From a virus: 42,646 nt of DNA. Every line of letters begins with the position of its first letter. Position 1 is the stretch's first letter. The stretch lies in the IMG/VR virus record IMGVR_UViG_3300048916_000077, positions 1 to 42,646 of that record, one strand, 5' to 3'. The position numbers and the translations under genes are program-made. This document shows, in pieces, positions 31,448 to 39,733 of this stretch. The notes beneath the pieces were generated by a model that worked only from the letters and a program-made list of their open reading frames with translations, was not told where the DNA came from and searched no databases.

Positions 31448-31693
31448 ATGAAAATCACACTATCGCGGGACGAGATCACCGAGATCCTGCAGAAGAAGGC
31501 CCAGCAGATCGGCGAGGATTGCTGCGCCGACGATCAGAAGGTGCTCTCGGTGAATATCCCGCATCTCGGGTACACCGACACGATCACCATCGAGATCGGT
31601 GCAGCCACGGTTGAGCCGCCTGAGTTCCACCCATACGTGCCGCCCTCTCCCGCCGCGCCGGCCAACCCTATCGATGAAGAGGTACAGTTCTGA
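31448..31693 (+). CDS. Hypothetical protein (81 aa)
   Basis: ORF track. AAGGAG precedes the ATG. Confidence 0.55.
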   Translation: MKITLSRDEITEILQKKAQQIGEDCCADDQKVLSVNIPHLGYTDTITIEIGAATVEPPEFHPYVPPSPAAPANPIDEEVQF

Positions 31694-32472
31694 TGACCAT
31701 GCACGACAGCGAGACCGGGGAAGTGATGATCACGCCCTCTCTGGACATCGAGACCTCGGCGACGTTCGGCGACTTGGCCGGCGCAATCGCCAAGGCCCAG
31801 TCCACCATCGGCAACGCCGAGAAGGACGCCAAGAACCCGCACTTCAACAGCAAATACGCCACGCTGGCATCCGTCTACGATGCCTGCCGCACGGCTCTGG
31901 CCGAGGCCGGGGTTGCGGTCATCCAGGCCCCGTTCAACATGCCGGAAGGGGATATCGGGGTGGCGACGATGCTAGCCCACTCCAGCGGACAGTGGATGAA
32001 GGGACGGCTGTACTGCAAGCCGACGAAGTACGACGCCCACGGCCTCGGGTCGATCATCACGTACCTGCGGCGCTATAGTCTCTCGGCGATGGTCGGGGTG
32101 GCACCGGAGGACGACGACGGAAACGCCGGGGTGGGCAAGCCGTCCGACCAGCGGGCCGCGCCTCCGCCGCGCCAGCAGGCCCAGCAGCGCAGCCAGGAAG
32201 GCCAACAGCAGGCTTCCCATGCCAACGGGGCAGAACCGGAGGACGCCAAGCGCGCCCGCATCCAGGCGGCCTACAACGCGATCAGCAAGGAGATCGCCGA
32301 GTGCCTCGACCATGCCGACCTGGATGATATCCGGGTGCGGAACGAGGCAGCGCTGGACGAGATCAAGGCATTCTCGCCGACCAGCTATGAGAAGCTGAAG
32401 GACCGGGTTGCCAAGCGGAAGGCGCAGATCACCAACGGCCCCGATGCGGGCGAACAGGAGCCGAAGCTATGA
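31693..32472 (+). CDS. erf: ERF-family single-strand annealing protein (259 aa)
   Basis: ORF track. KNPHFNSKYATLASVYDACRTALAEAGV, LAHSSGQW, GSIITYLRRYSLSAMVGVAPEDDDG is the ERF superfamily pattern. Confidence 0.8.
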   Translation: MTMHDSETGEVMITPSLDIETSATFGDLAGAIAKAQSTIGNAEKDAKNPHFNSKYATLASVYDACRTALAEAGVAVIQAPFNMPEGDIGVATMLAHSSGQWMKGRLYCKPTKYDAHGLGSIITYLRRYSLSAMVGVAPEDDDGNAGVGKPSDQRAAPPPRQQAQQRSQEGQQQASHANGAEPEDAKRARIQAAYNAISKEIAECLDHADLDDIRVRNEAALDEIKAFSPTSYEKLKDRVAKRKAQITNGPDAGEQEPKL

Positions 32473-32657
32473 GGATTTCGGCGCCCGAGATCGATGATTT
32501 CGAGAGGCATATGGGCGGACCCGCCAAGTCCGCCTGCGCCACCTGCGGGAAAACACTTCTGATGCGCTGCGGAGGGTCCGGCTACGTGGACTACCCGGAC
32601 GGGTCTGCCGGTCGCTGCGTCAACCTTCCAGACGATCAGCAGTGGTGGAACGACTAG
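32469..32657 (+). CDS. Small Cys-containing protein (62 aa)
   Basis: ORF track. The sequence contains CATCGK...C...C. Confidence 0.45.
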   Translation: MRISAPEIDDFERHMGGPAKSACATCGKTLLMRCGGSGYVDYPDGSAGRCVNLPDDQQWWND

Positions 32658-32987
32658 ATGTCTGACGGCTTCGAAGACGGCTCGTTCCTTGAGACCCTCC
32701 GGTCAGCCTTGAAAGAGGCTGGCCGGTTGGCCGCGACCGAGAAGAATATCGAGGACGAACGCAAGCGCACGATCTCCGGGCTCATCGCGGAGAGCAAGGA
32801 AGCCGTCAGCCGGGCCGAGCATGTCGCTCGGTCGCACCGGGACGTGCAGGCGCTCGACGATCAGCTTGCCGAGGTGCGGCTGAAGGCTGCCGACGCGGCG
32901 GCCGAGGCGAAGGCGCTTGAGGTGCGGTACGAGATTTGGCGGTCTCGGCTGGCGACTTATCGAGCAAAAATGCAGAGGACCACATGA
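32658..32987 (+). CDS. Coiled-coil protein (109 aa)
   Basis: ORF track. Confidence 0.5.
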   Translation: MSDGFEDGSFLETLRSALKEAGRLAATEKNIEDERKRTISGLIAESKEAVSRAEHVARSHRDVQALDDQLAEVRLKAADAAAEAKALEVRYEIWRSRLATYRAKMQRTT

Positions 32988-33208
32988 CCGAAGAGCCACA
33001 GCCCTACCAGTATCAAATCTTCCTTTTGAACGGTCTCAGCTTTCAGATGACGTCGCCCGAGCCGTACCAGGACTTCCTGAAGACCACGCTGGTGCAGGGG
33101 TACGTGATGACGAACACCGATTTCGCGCCCTACCACGCCATCGCCGTGATTCGGGTGGCCCATGGCATTCCTGCCGCCGGCGCGGCTGATCTCAGGAGTT
33201 TGAATTGA
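32984..33208 (+). CDS. Small hypothetical protein (74 aa)
   Basis: I trimmed the track ORF to ATG 32984, which forms an ATGA overlap with the upstream stop. Confidence 0.5.
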   Translation: MTEEPQPYQYQIFLLNGLSFQMTSPEPYQDFLKTTLVQGYVMTNTDFAPYHAIAVIRVAHGIPAAGAADLRSLN

Positions 33209-34083
33209 AACTCGCCAGCCTCATCGACCGGGACATACCCGAGAAGGCGTTCAAGCTCGGCCCCGGCCTGCCCAACGCCAACATGCCGCCGCTGGCGCAG
33301 TGGTCCAGCATCGCCGGGATGCTCTGCGCCCCCGGCTGCGAGGCGCAGACGTTCCTCCTGCTGGCGTCCTTCGCCGCGCCGCTCATGTCGCTGTTCAAGA
33401 CGCCCGAGGGGGGCGGCATCGTCTCCATCCATGGCGGGAAGCGCTCGGGCAAGTCCGTCGCCCTGGCCGCAGCCGCTAGCGTGTGGGGAGAGCCGCGGTC
33501 GATAACGGTCCCGTCATGGGCGCCCGACCGGCTGGAGCGTATCGCCAAGCTGGGCAACTACCCGGTGATCGCCGAGGGTATGCTCAACCGAGACCCGGCT
33601 CACACCCGCGAGTTCATCATCGATTTCTTGACCGGTCACAAGCAGGAAACCCCGTGGCAGACACTGCTTTTATCGGCGACAGGGATGCCTTTGTTTTCGA
33701 CGGTGATGAGGACGGAGGATGCGCGGCCTGGGCTCGACCTGACCGTGAAGGTGCCGCCGATGCTGATCGAGCCGAAATCTACGGGTCGCCTCGAATATAC
33801 GTTGACGGCGTGCCGGGGCTGGGCTGGTTTGGCCTACCTGAGATACCTGTGCGCCAGCAATGTTACCCGCTGGGCGCGTGGTCAGCTTGTGTCTACCCTG
33901 GCCGGGTTCAACGATGATTTCGGCCTCGGCGAGGAATTCCGGTTCGTGCTGCGGACGATCGCCGCCGTGCATGTGGCTGGGATGATTGTGTCGCGGCTGG
34001 GCATCGTGGATGTGGAGGCCGACCGGGTGACGAAATGGGCCTTGGAGAAGGCCGTACCGCAGAAGAAGGAGAAGGCAGCGTGA
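33205..34083 (+). CDS. DUF927-like P-loop protein (292 aa, TTG start), helicase/primase-associated replication protein
   Basis: ORF track. GGGIVSIHGGKRSGKSVALAAAASVWGEPRSITVPSWAPDRLERIA follows the DUF927 pattern (P-loop, then SvWG.P....W..T.n.lE). Confidence 0.6.
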   Translation: MKLASLIDRDIPEKAFKLGPGLPNANMPPLAQWSSIAGMLCAPGCEAQTFLLLASFAAPLMSLFKTPEGGGIVSIHGGKRSGKSVALAAAASVWGEPRSITVPSWAPDRLERIAKLGNYPVIAEGMLNRDPAHTREFIIDFLTGHKQETPWQTLLLSATGMPLFSTVMRTEDARPGLDLTVKVPPMLIEPKSTGRLEYTLTACRGWAGLAYLRYLCASNVTRWARGQLVSTLAGFNDDFGLGEEFRFVLRTIAAVHVAGMIVSRLGIVDVEADRVTKWALEKAVPQKKEKAA

Positions 34084-34442
34084 CCACCGACATTGAGACC
34101 GAACGGCTCCGAGACGCTGTGGTGGAGGCGGCTTTGAACTGGTGCGGCGGACCGCAAGGTTTGGATGATAGCGCGGACCTGTTGGAACATGCAGCCGAAT
34201 CCCTCCGCGCCCACCTCGCCAAAGCCGCTCCTGCGCCTGAGTTTATGCCATGTCCCTTTTGCGGCGGCGAGCCGACGTATTCATGGGATGTGACATGCGA
34301 AGATTGGGATGTTCTTTGCACTTCCTGCCGTGCGACTGTGACTGCCGACACGGAACCGGCTGTGCTCGAAAAGTGGAACACCCGCCACTCCCCCTGCGTC
34401 CCCGATACTTCGCCTCTCCCCAACCAAGGTAGAGACCCCTAG
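34080..34442 (+). CDS. Second Lar-family-like zinc-ribbon protein (120 aa, GTG start)
   Basis: I trimmed the track ORF to GTG 34080, which forms a GTGA overlap with the upstream stop. The sequence contains CPFCGGEPTYSWDV...LCTSCRATVTADTEPAVLEKWNTRH. Confidence 0.55.
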   Translation: MTTDIETERLRDAVVEAALNWCGGPQGLDDSADLLEHAAESLRAHLAKAAPAPEFMPCPFCGGEPTYSWDVTCEDWDVLCTSCRATVTADTEPAVLEKWNTRHSPCVPDTSPLPNQGRDP

Positions 34443-34906
34443 CCGCCCCGGATCCGCGCCAGGATATCGCCCAGCTTGTCGCTCTGCTGCGACCGTAGCC
34501 GCGTCTCGTCCACCTTCGTCTGCGTGGACAGCACGGCTGCCAGGGTCTGCTGCTGGAACGCCAGCAGCTTCAGATAGTCGGGCATCGTCGGTTCCAGCCG
34601 CATCGACAGGATGTCGTGCGCCCGGTCGAGCGCCAGCTCGGTCAGCGCGGACAGCTTCTCGGACTGGCCTAATACTCTAAGCCCGTCGCGTAGCCCCTCG
34701 ATTGGATCATCGGCAACTGCTTCTTCAGCCTGGCCCCGATGTCCGTTCGATACATCGGGGAGTTGGGGACCTTCAAGGTCTTCAAAATGCGGTAGGCCAT
34801 CGTCGTCAGGCTGCTCTCTCATCCTAAAAACCGGCGCGCTGCGGACCAAGGGAAACCCTTCTTGTGCCGCTAATTCAGCCGCTCTTCTTCTTGCCCGACC
34901 AGCCAA
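34439..34906 (-). CDS. Last gene of the late operon (155 aa, TTG start); basic N-terminus; unknown function (small-terminase role cannot be excluded or supported)
   Basis: ORF track. A GGGAG sequence lies 8 nt before the TTG. The N-terminus is MAGRARRRAAELAAQ and the C-terminal half is helical. Confidence 0.5.
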   Translation of the reverse strand: MAGRARRRAAELAAQEGFPLVRSAPVFRMREQPDDDGLPHFEDLEGPQLPDVSNGHRGQAEEAVADDPIEGLRDGLRVLGQSEKLSALTELALDRAHDILSMRLEPTMPDYLKLLAFQQQTLAAVLSTQTKVDETRLRSQQSDKLGDILARIRGG

Positions 34907-34965
34907 TTTCGCTTCTCCCTGTAAGGAAAATTAACTATAATTTATCCACACAACGGAAGCCAGAC

Positions 34966-35499
34966 ATGAAAACGTGTACGCGCTGCAAGATCGAGCAACC
35001 TCTCGAAAATTTCCACCGCAATCGGTCACAGAGTTCCGGACGGCACCCAAGCTGCAAGGCGTGTTGCTCCGCATATGACCGACACCGCCACAAGAACAAT
35101 CCCGTCCGCAGGGCAAAGGCCCAAGCCAGGGCGCGGGAGCGCGTTCGAAGCCTTCCTCTCGTCCAGAAAATATATAGGCTCACCTACGAGTACGGACTTT
35201 CGAAAGAGCAGTATTACGAATTGATCTTCAAGCACCAAGGTCGATGCGCCGTTTGCAGCAGCGAGGCAGAAGACCACCATGGGTTGGTTATAGATCACTG
35301 CCATGATCGAGGCGTGATCCGGGGATTACTCTGCCAAGGATGCAATCTCGCTCTGGGCGCGGTAAAGGATGCACCGGACACGCTACGGAAACTTGCCGAC
35401 TATCTGGAAAAATCAGTAGTCGAGCCCGGAGGCGTAACCATTCCCATGAAGAAGGGGAAGCTGTTTCGAGAGCCGGTTCCCGATGTCCGATCGCCATAG
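34966..35499 (+). CDS. Endonuclease VII-family (Endonuclease_7) free-standing nuclease (177 aa)
   Basis: I trimmed the track ORF to ATG 34966. LVIDHCHDRGVIRGLLCQGCNLALG is the hallmark Endonuclease_7 motif, and there is an N-terminal CxxC...CxxC. It is the only plus-strand gene inside the late operon. Its 3' end overlaps the convergent ATP-grasp gene by 87 nt. Confidence 0.8.
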   Translation: MKTCTRCKIEQPLENFHRNRSQSSGRHPSCKACCSAYDRHRHKNNPVRRAKAQARARERVRSLPLVQKIYRLTYEYGLSKEQYYELIFKHQGRCAVCSSEAEDHHGLVIDHCHDRGVIRGLLCQGCNLALGAVKDAPDTLRKLADYLEKSVVEPGGVTIPMKKGKLFREPVPDVRSP

Positions 35500-36723
35500 A
35501 GGCGAGTTCGGGATTTTCACTTTCTTGACCGTTTCGTACATCTTCCGAGTGGTCGCGCGAACCGTCTCACCAGTGGCACTGACGACTAGAACGTAGTCGC
35601 CAGCGGTCACCAAGCATGGACCGGCTTTGATCTGACCATCCATGTCCTGCGGCGCCGATCCGAGCATACACTCACAGGGATGGATATTTTCCATTAGCTT
35701 GTCGGTGAGGCCGTAAATCGGCACGCCGCACACTTCCTTGCGGGTGATGTGGCTATAGGGAAAGTCAGGTATGGCGATGAGGCAGCCCGCCGCTACCGTG
35801 TCCATCTTGAAGGGCTTGGAGTCTTGCCCGTCTGCGAGCGCGGCCAGCCATTCTGCATGATCTCCGTCGATGAGCGCCTGTTGGATGTTGAAGGTAGGCC
35901 AGCCCGGCCGCATGGTAAACTCCAAAGGCCACGGCGTGCCGGCGTCGTCGATGATGCAGTTGACATCGACATAGCCGACATGGCCGAGGGAGACGAGGTA
36001 GTCCTCCAGCGGCGCGAGCACCTTGTTTGCCAATTTCGAGTTGCGAACGACGCGTAGCACGGTGCCCATCTCGCCCGTCTGCGGCCCGCACTCGCCGGCC
36101 ATCATCCGCTTGAACTCGAAGTTCTCGCACCAGCCGTCGCTGAACCCGTGAGGCCCTACCCAAGCCCCGACTGCCGCCTCTACGCCGCTGACCAGATCCT
36201 GCAAGATGAAGCGCATCCGCTTCCCGGCCTTCTTCCAACGCTGCAACATGTACACCATGTCGGCCGGGGTCTTGGCGACATAGGACATGTTCTTGTCGGG
36301 CTCATCGCCCAGCGGCTTGCTGGCGTAGGGCTTGCCGGTCTTCAGCACATAGGCAATGGCGTCGTCGTAGTTGGAGAATTCCTTGTACGGCGGGATGTCA
36401 ATATCGTGATCGGCAAACACCTTCATCGCCTCGGCGCGGTCGAGCTCCAAGGCGGCGCTGGCGATCGTCGGCCCGAGGATCGGCGTTCCTTCGCGGCGAT
36501 AGGGCTCAAGCTGGGAAAGGTATTTCACATTGTCGGGCATGAAGATGAAGTCGGCCCACCGCGCCCACGTCCGCCAGTCCGCAACGCGCTCGACCAGCCC
36601 CTTGCCGATCAGGCACGTCTTCGGGTTGTCGGGCACGTACCACTTCACCAAGTGCTTATCGTCCAAGCACCTCATAGCGAAGTCCAGGGCGAAAGCGCCT
36701 TGGTCAATGATGAGTATTTTCAT
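35413..36723 (-). CDS. PurD-like (glycinamide ribonucleotide synthetase-like) ATP-grasp ligase (436 aa)
   Basis: ORF track. The N-terminus is MKILIIDQG. LELDRAEAMKVFADHDIDIPPY marks the start of the ATP-grasp domain. FEFKRMMAGECGPQTGEMGTV aligns in pattern with PurD DHKR..dGD.GPNTGGMG. GYVDVNCIIDDAGTPWPLEFTMRPGWP aligns with G.LY.GLM....G.kVlEfN.RfGDPE. Confidence 0.75.
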   Translation of the reverse strand: MKILIIDQGAFALDFAMRCLDDKHLVKWYVPDNPKTCLIGKGLVERVADWRTWARWADFIFMPDNVKYLSQLEPYRREGTPILGPTIASAALELDRAEAMKVFADHDIDIPPYKEFSNYDDAIAYVLKTGKPYASKPLGDEPDKNMSYVAKTPADMVYMLQRWKKAGKRMRFILQDLVSGVEAAVGAWVGPHGFSDGWCENFEFKRMMAGECGPQTGEMGTVLRVVRNSKLANKVLAPLEDYLVSLGHVGYVDVNCIIDDAGTPWPLEFTMRPGWPTFNIQQALIDGDHAEWLAALADGQDSKPFKMDTVAAGCLIAIPDFPYSHITRKEVCGVPIYGLTDKLMENIHPCECMLGSAPQDMDGQIKAGPCLVTAGDYVLVVSATGETVRATTRKMYETVKKVKIPNSPLWRSDIGNRLSKQLPLLHGNGYASGLDY

Positions 36724-38201
36724 GGGTTCGTCGGGGTCGCGCCGGGGATCATCAGTTTCTGGTACGGCTTCGACAGCATGACCGATTGCGCGATTGGCTT
36801 GCCGGTGGCGAGCGCCATCAGCCCGGGCCGTCCGGTCGCCGCGGCACCAAGGCCCGATAGGAAGAAGTCCATGCCCGTGGATGGCGTGCCGCCGAATGCC
36901 TGCGGGCTCTGGAACGCCTTCGGGAAGCCGTTGGCCGCATCGGCGATGGTCTTAAGTTCGTTGGTGAACGGACGCCCCTTGAGCGCCAGCTTGCCGAGGC
37001 CGCGGGCGCTGACATCGCCCGTCGTCGGGTTCGTCGCCCCCTCGATGTCATAGGACTTGGCGATCTGCCGACGCGCGGCGCGGAACTGGTCGATCACCTT
37101 CGGCGGGGCGCTCTTGCTGACATTCCGCTCGACCAAGCTTTCCAGGCTGTGCGCCGCGTCGCGCTGCGCCAGGCCAAGGGCGTGCTTCTGCGCCGAGTAG
37201 TCGCCGGTCGCCTTGAGGTTGGCGTTGGCGTCGGAGCGCAGAAGCTTGATCTTCTGCATCAGCGCATCGGTCGGGACCGGATCGGTTCCGGTCTTGCCCC
37301 CGAGCGCCATCATGTCCTTCCGCAGATTGATGATCTCCGGGTTCTTCGCCGAGCGCGGGAACAGCTTGCTCGCTTGGCTGTTGACGCCGCCCAGGTCCGT
37401 CGCGGCCTTCTTGAAGGCTGTATCCGGCTTGACGGTCGGGACTGCCTTGGTGACGGCCTGATAGGCTTTCCCGGCCTCGTTGCGCACGTCGCCGAACACC
37501 TTGTCATTCAGCACCGTGTCGTCAGGCAGACCGAGCGCCTTGGCCGCCAGCTTGTTCGTCACTTCCTGGTTCTTGATCGAGGCTGCCTGAAGCGTCTCAT
37601 TTTTGCCGGCCACCTTGCCGAGCGCAGATGAGATGCCGCCCGGTTCCTTGCTGGCCGTGCCGGGCGTCAGAACATAGCCAGCGTCGCGCGCCGCCTGCGC
37701 GCCGGGACGCGGAGGACCACCGATCTTTGGCACAGCATCGGCGACGGCCTCGGCCGCACGGGGAACGGCTCGCACTGCGCTGCCGATCAGCTTTGCCTCA
37801 CCGCCGGGAGCCGCCATGCCAATACCCGCATCGGCCACGTTCGCAAGGGTCTGAGAGCCGGGCAGCTTCGTGTCACGAATGGGGTCGCTGACAAGAGCGC
37901 GGCCGGCGCCGGTTGCGGGAGAAAGGACTTGCTGCATCCCGCCCAGCGCCGTGCGAATGGCGCCGGTGAAGCGTCCGCCAAGATCGGCCTGCGGGTTCAA
38001 CAGATCGGCCTCGCCCTGCTTCACGTTCGCGCTGCCAGCGGAGAAGTCCTGCCCGATGTCCTTCGGGATGTTGGCGATGGGTCGCAGCGCGGCTGGCGTC
38101 TGCGCCTCGGGCTGCGCGGGAGCGGCCTGATACTTGGTCCACGGCCCGTCAGCGGATGGCGCTGCCGACTGCTGATACTTAAGCCACGGTTCGTCAGCCA
38201 T
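36720..38201 (-). CDS. Internal virion / ejection-protein-like protein (493 aa)
   Basis: ORF track. The N-terminal duplicated motif is EPWLKYQ / GPWTKYQ. The protein is Ala/Gly/Lys-rich with no enzymatic motif recognised. The call is positional inference. Confidence 0.5.
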   Translation of the reverse strand: MADEPWLKYQQSAAPSADGPWTKYQAAPAQPEAQTPAALRPIANIPKDIGQDFSAGSANVKQGEADLLNPQADLGGRFTGAIRTALGGMQQVLSPATGAGRALVSDPIRDTKLPGSQTLANVADAGIGMAAPGGEAKLIGSAVRAVPRAAEAVADAVPKIGGPPRPGAQAARDAGYVLTPGTASKEPGGISSALGKVAGKNETLQAASIKNQEVTNKLAAKALGLPDDTVLNDKVFGDVRNEAGKAYQAVTKAVPTVKPDTAFKKAATDLGGVNSQASKLFPRSAKNPEIINLRKDMMALGGKTGTDPVPTDALMQKIKLLRSDANANLKATGDYSAQKHALGLAQRDAAHSLESLVERNVSKSAPPKVIDQFRAARRQIAKSYDIEGATNPTTGDVSARGLGKLALKGRPFTNELKTIADAANGFPKAFQSPQAFGGTPSTGMDFFLSGLGAAATGRPGLMALATGKPIAQSVMLSKPYQKLMIPGATPTNP

Positions 38202-39733
38202 TACTGCTTTTCCCAGCTTTCCGGCTTGGACGGATCGCCGCCTTTGAACTTGTACCCATTCTCGACCGTGCCCACGGCGGGAGCGCCGCTGTCGGACGAC
38301 GCTGCCGGGGCATCTTCCTTCTTGCCGCCAACCCGCTGACCCTTGATCGCCTGCTCATAGGTCTGGATGCGGTTGTCGCCCTCGCCAAGCATCGCGTCGG
38401 CCACGGAATCGAATGACCTTGGCGTCATATTCGAATTGGCCCATTTCTGAGCCTCCTCGGCAGCGCCTTGGTGGAGTTGCGCGATGGACGCCTGACCACC
38501 GGATAGGATGCGGGCGGATTCCATCGCCGTCGCGCTCATGTGGTAGAACAGAGAAGAAAGGTTGGGGTCGCCCGTCCACTCTTCATCTTTTCTGATGATC
38601 GCATTGAGGATCGGCGACAGATCGGAGGATGTCAGTTTTTTCATATCGGCTTTGGTTTGCTCGATATTGTACTTCAACTGGCCGATAGCCTGCTTCGTCG
38701 CTCCAAGCATCTGGGTAAGCTGGCCCGCGCTCTTCTTCCCACTCTGGAATTCGATGGAGCGGTTGGCGAGTTCTATCCCGGCTTCCTCGTCCGACATGCC
38801 GGGGTTCTGCGCTTTGATTTCGAGACGCGCATCGGCCATTGCCTGCTGACGTGCTCGAACGGCCTCCTTGCCATAGCCGGGTATGATCTGGTTCAGCGGC
38901 TGGCCGGTCGCCACCTGGGCGGCAATCGCCTTGCGGTCTTCCGGCGTGGTCGGAATTCCACCCTTCGACGCCTCGAACTTTTCCCGGTCGAGCCCCAATC
39001 GCTGGGTCTCTATGCCCAGGCGAGCACCTTCCGTCCGCTCTGTGGCCTTGTCATGGCTAGTGCGCTCCTGCAGCTCGGCTTCCTGATGGACCTGCTCAAT
39101 GTGCTTTTGCACCGCCTCGATCCGATCTTTCAGGATCGGCTCAACCTGTTTCAGCATTTCCAGCCGCGAATGGAAGTCGGCGAGAAAGCGCTTCGGGTCG
39201 TTCGCGGCGGCCGGATCGGCGGCGAGGATGGCTTGCTTCTGCTGCATCCCCCAGTTGGCAAACCACGCATCCGGGTTCGATGAGGGATCAATCGGCGGCG
39301 CGCCAGCGGGCGGCCCAGCCTGTGGCGGCGGCGCTGCCTGCTGGCCGGGCTGCACCATCGGCTGCTGTGGCGGCGGGCCGCCCGGCATCGGCTGCGCACC
39401 GGGGATGGGCCCCTGCGGACCGGGACCGGCCATCTGCGGCTGCGGGCCATCGGGAAGCGACGGCTGACCCGGCATCGGCTGCTGTCCAGTCATCGGCGGC
39501 GGGCTGGGCATGGCAGGAGCGCCGGCCTGTACCGCACCGGGCAAGCCTCCGAAGCCGCCGGCCATGCGCGCGTCTGCTGCATCGGCTTCCTGCTGGCGCT
39601 GGATTTGCGCCTGCTGGATTTGCTGGTTCTGCTGCTCGATCGCCAGCCGCTGAAGCGCAAGCTGGCGCTGCAGGGCCTGATCCTGGGCTGCCTGATAGCC
39701 ACCGCCAACGGCGCTGAGTGCCGCGAGGTTCAT
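38201..39733 (-). CDS. Internal virion / ejection-protein-like protein (510 aa) with Gln-rich coiled coil and about 90-aa Pro/Gln/Gly-rich tract
   Basis: ORF track. Representative stretches are QRQLALQRLAIEQQNQQIQQAQIQRQQ and PMPGQPSLPDGPQPQMAGPGPQGPIPGAQPMPGGPPPQQP. The call is positional inference. Confidence 0.5.
   Translation of the reverse strand: MNLAALSAVGGGYQAAQDQALQRQLALQRLAIEQQNQQIQQAQIQRQQEADAADARMAGGFGGLPGAVQAGAPAMPSPPPMTGQQPMPGQPSLPDGPQPQMAGPGPQGPIPGAQPMPGGPPPQQPMVQPGQQAAPPPQAGPPAGAPPIDPSSNPDAWFANWGMQQKQAILAADPAAANDPKRFLADFHSRLEMLKQVEPILKDRIEAVQKHIEQVHQEAELQERTSHDKATERTEGARLGIETQRLGLDREKFEASKGGIPTTPEDRKAIAAQVATGQPLNQIIPGYGKEAVRARQQAMADARLEIKAQNPGMSDEEAGIELANRSIEFQSGKKSAGQLTQMLGATKQAIGQLKYNIEQTKADMKKLTSSDLSPILNAIIRKDEEWTGDPNLSSLFYHMSATAMESARILSGGQASIAQLHQGAAEEAQKWANSNMTPRSFDSVADAMLGEGDNRIQTYEQAIKGQRVGGKKEDAPAASSDSGAPAVGTVENGYKFKGGDPSKPESWEKQ

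Noticed and set aside
34439-34906. Calling the 155-aa basic-N-terminus protein, or 18471..18656, the small terminase subunit.
   Set aside because: The only support is position and charge, with no recognisable family motif. The gene is far from terL in transcription order. I left it as hypothetical.
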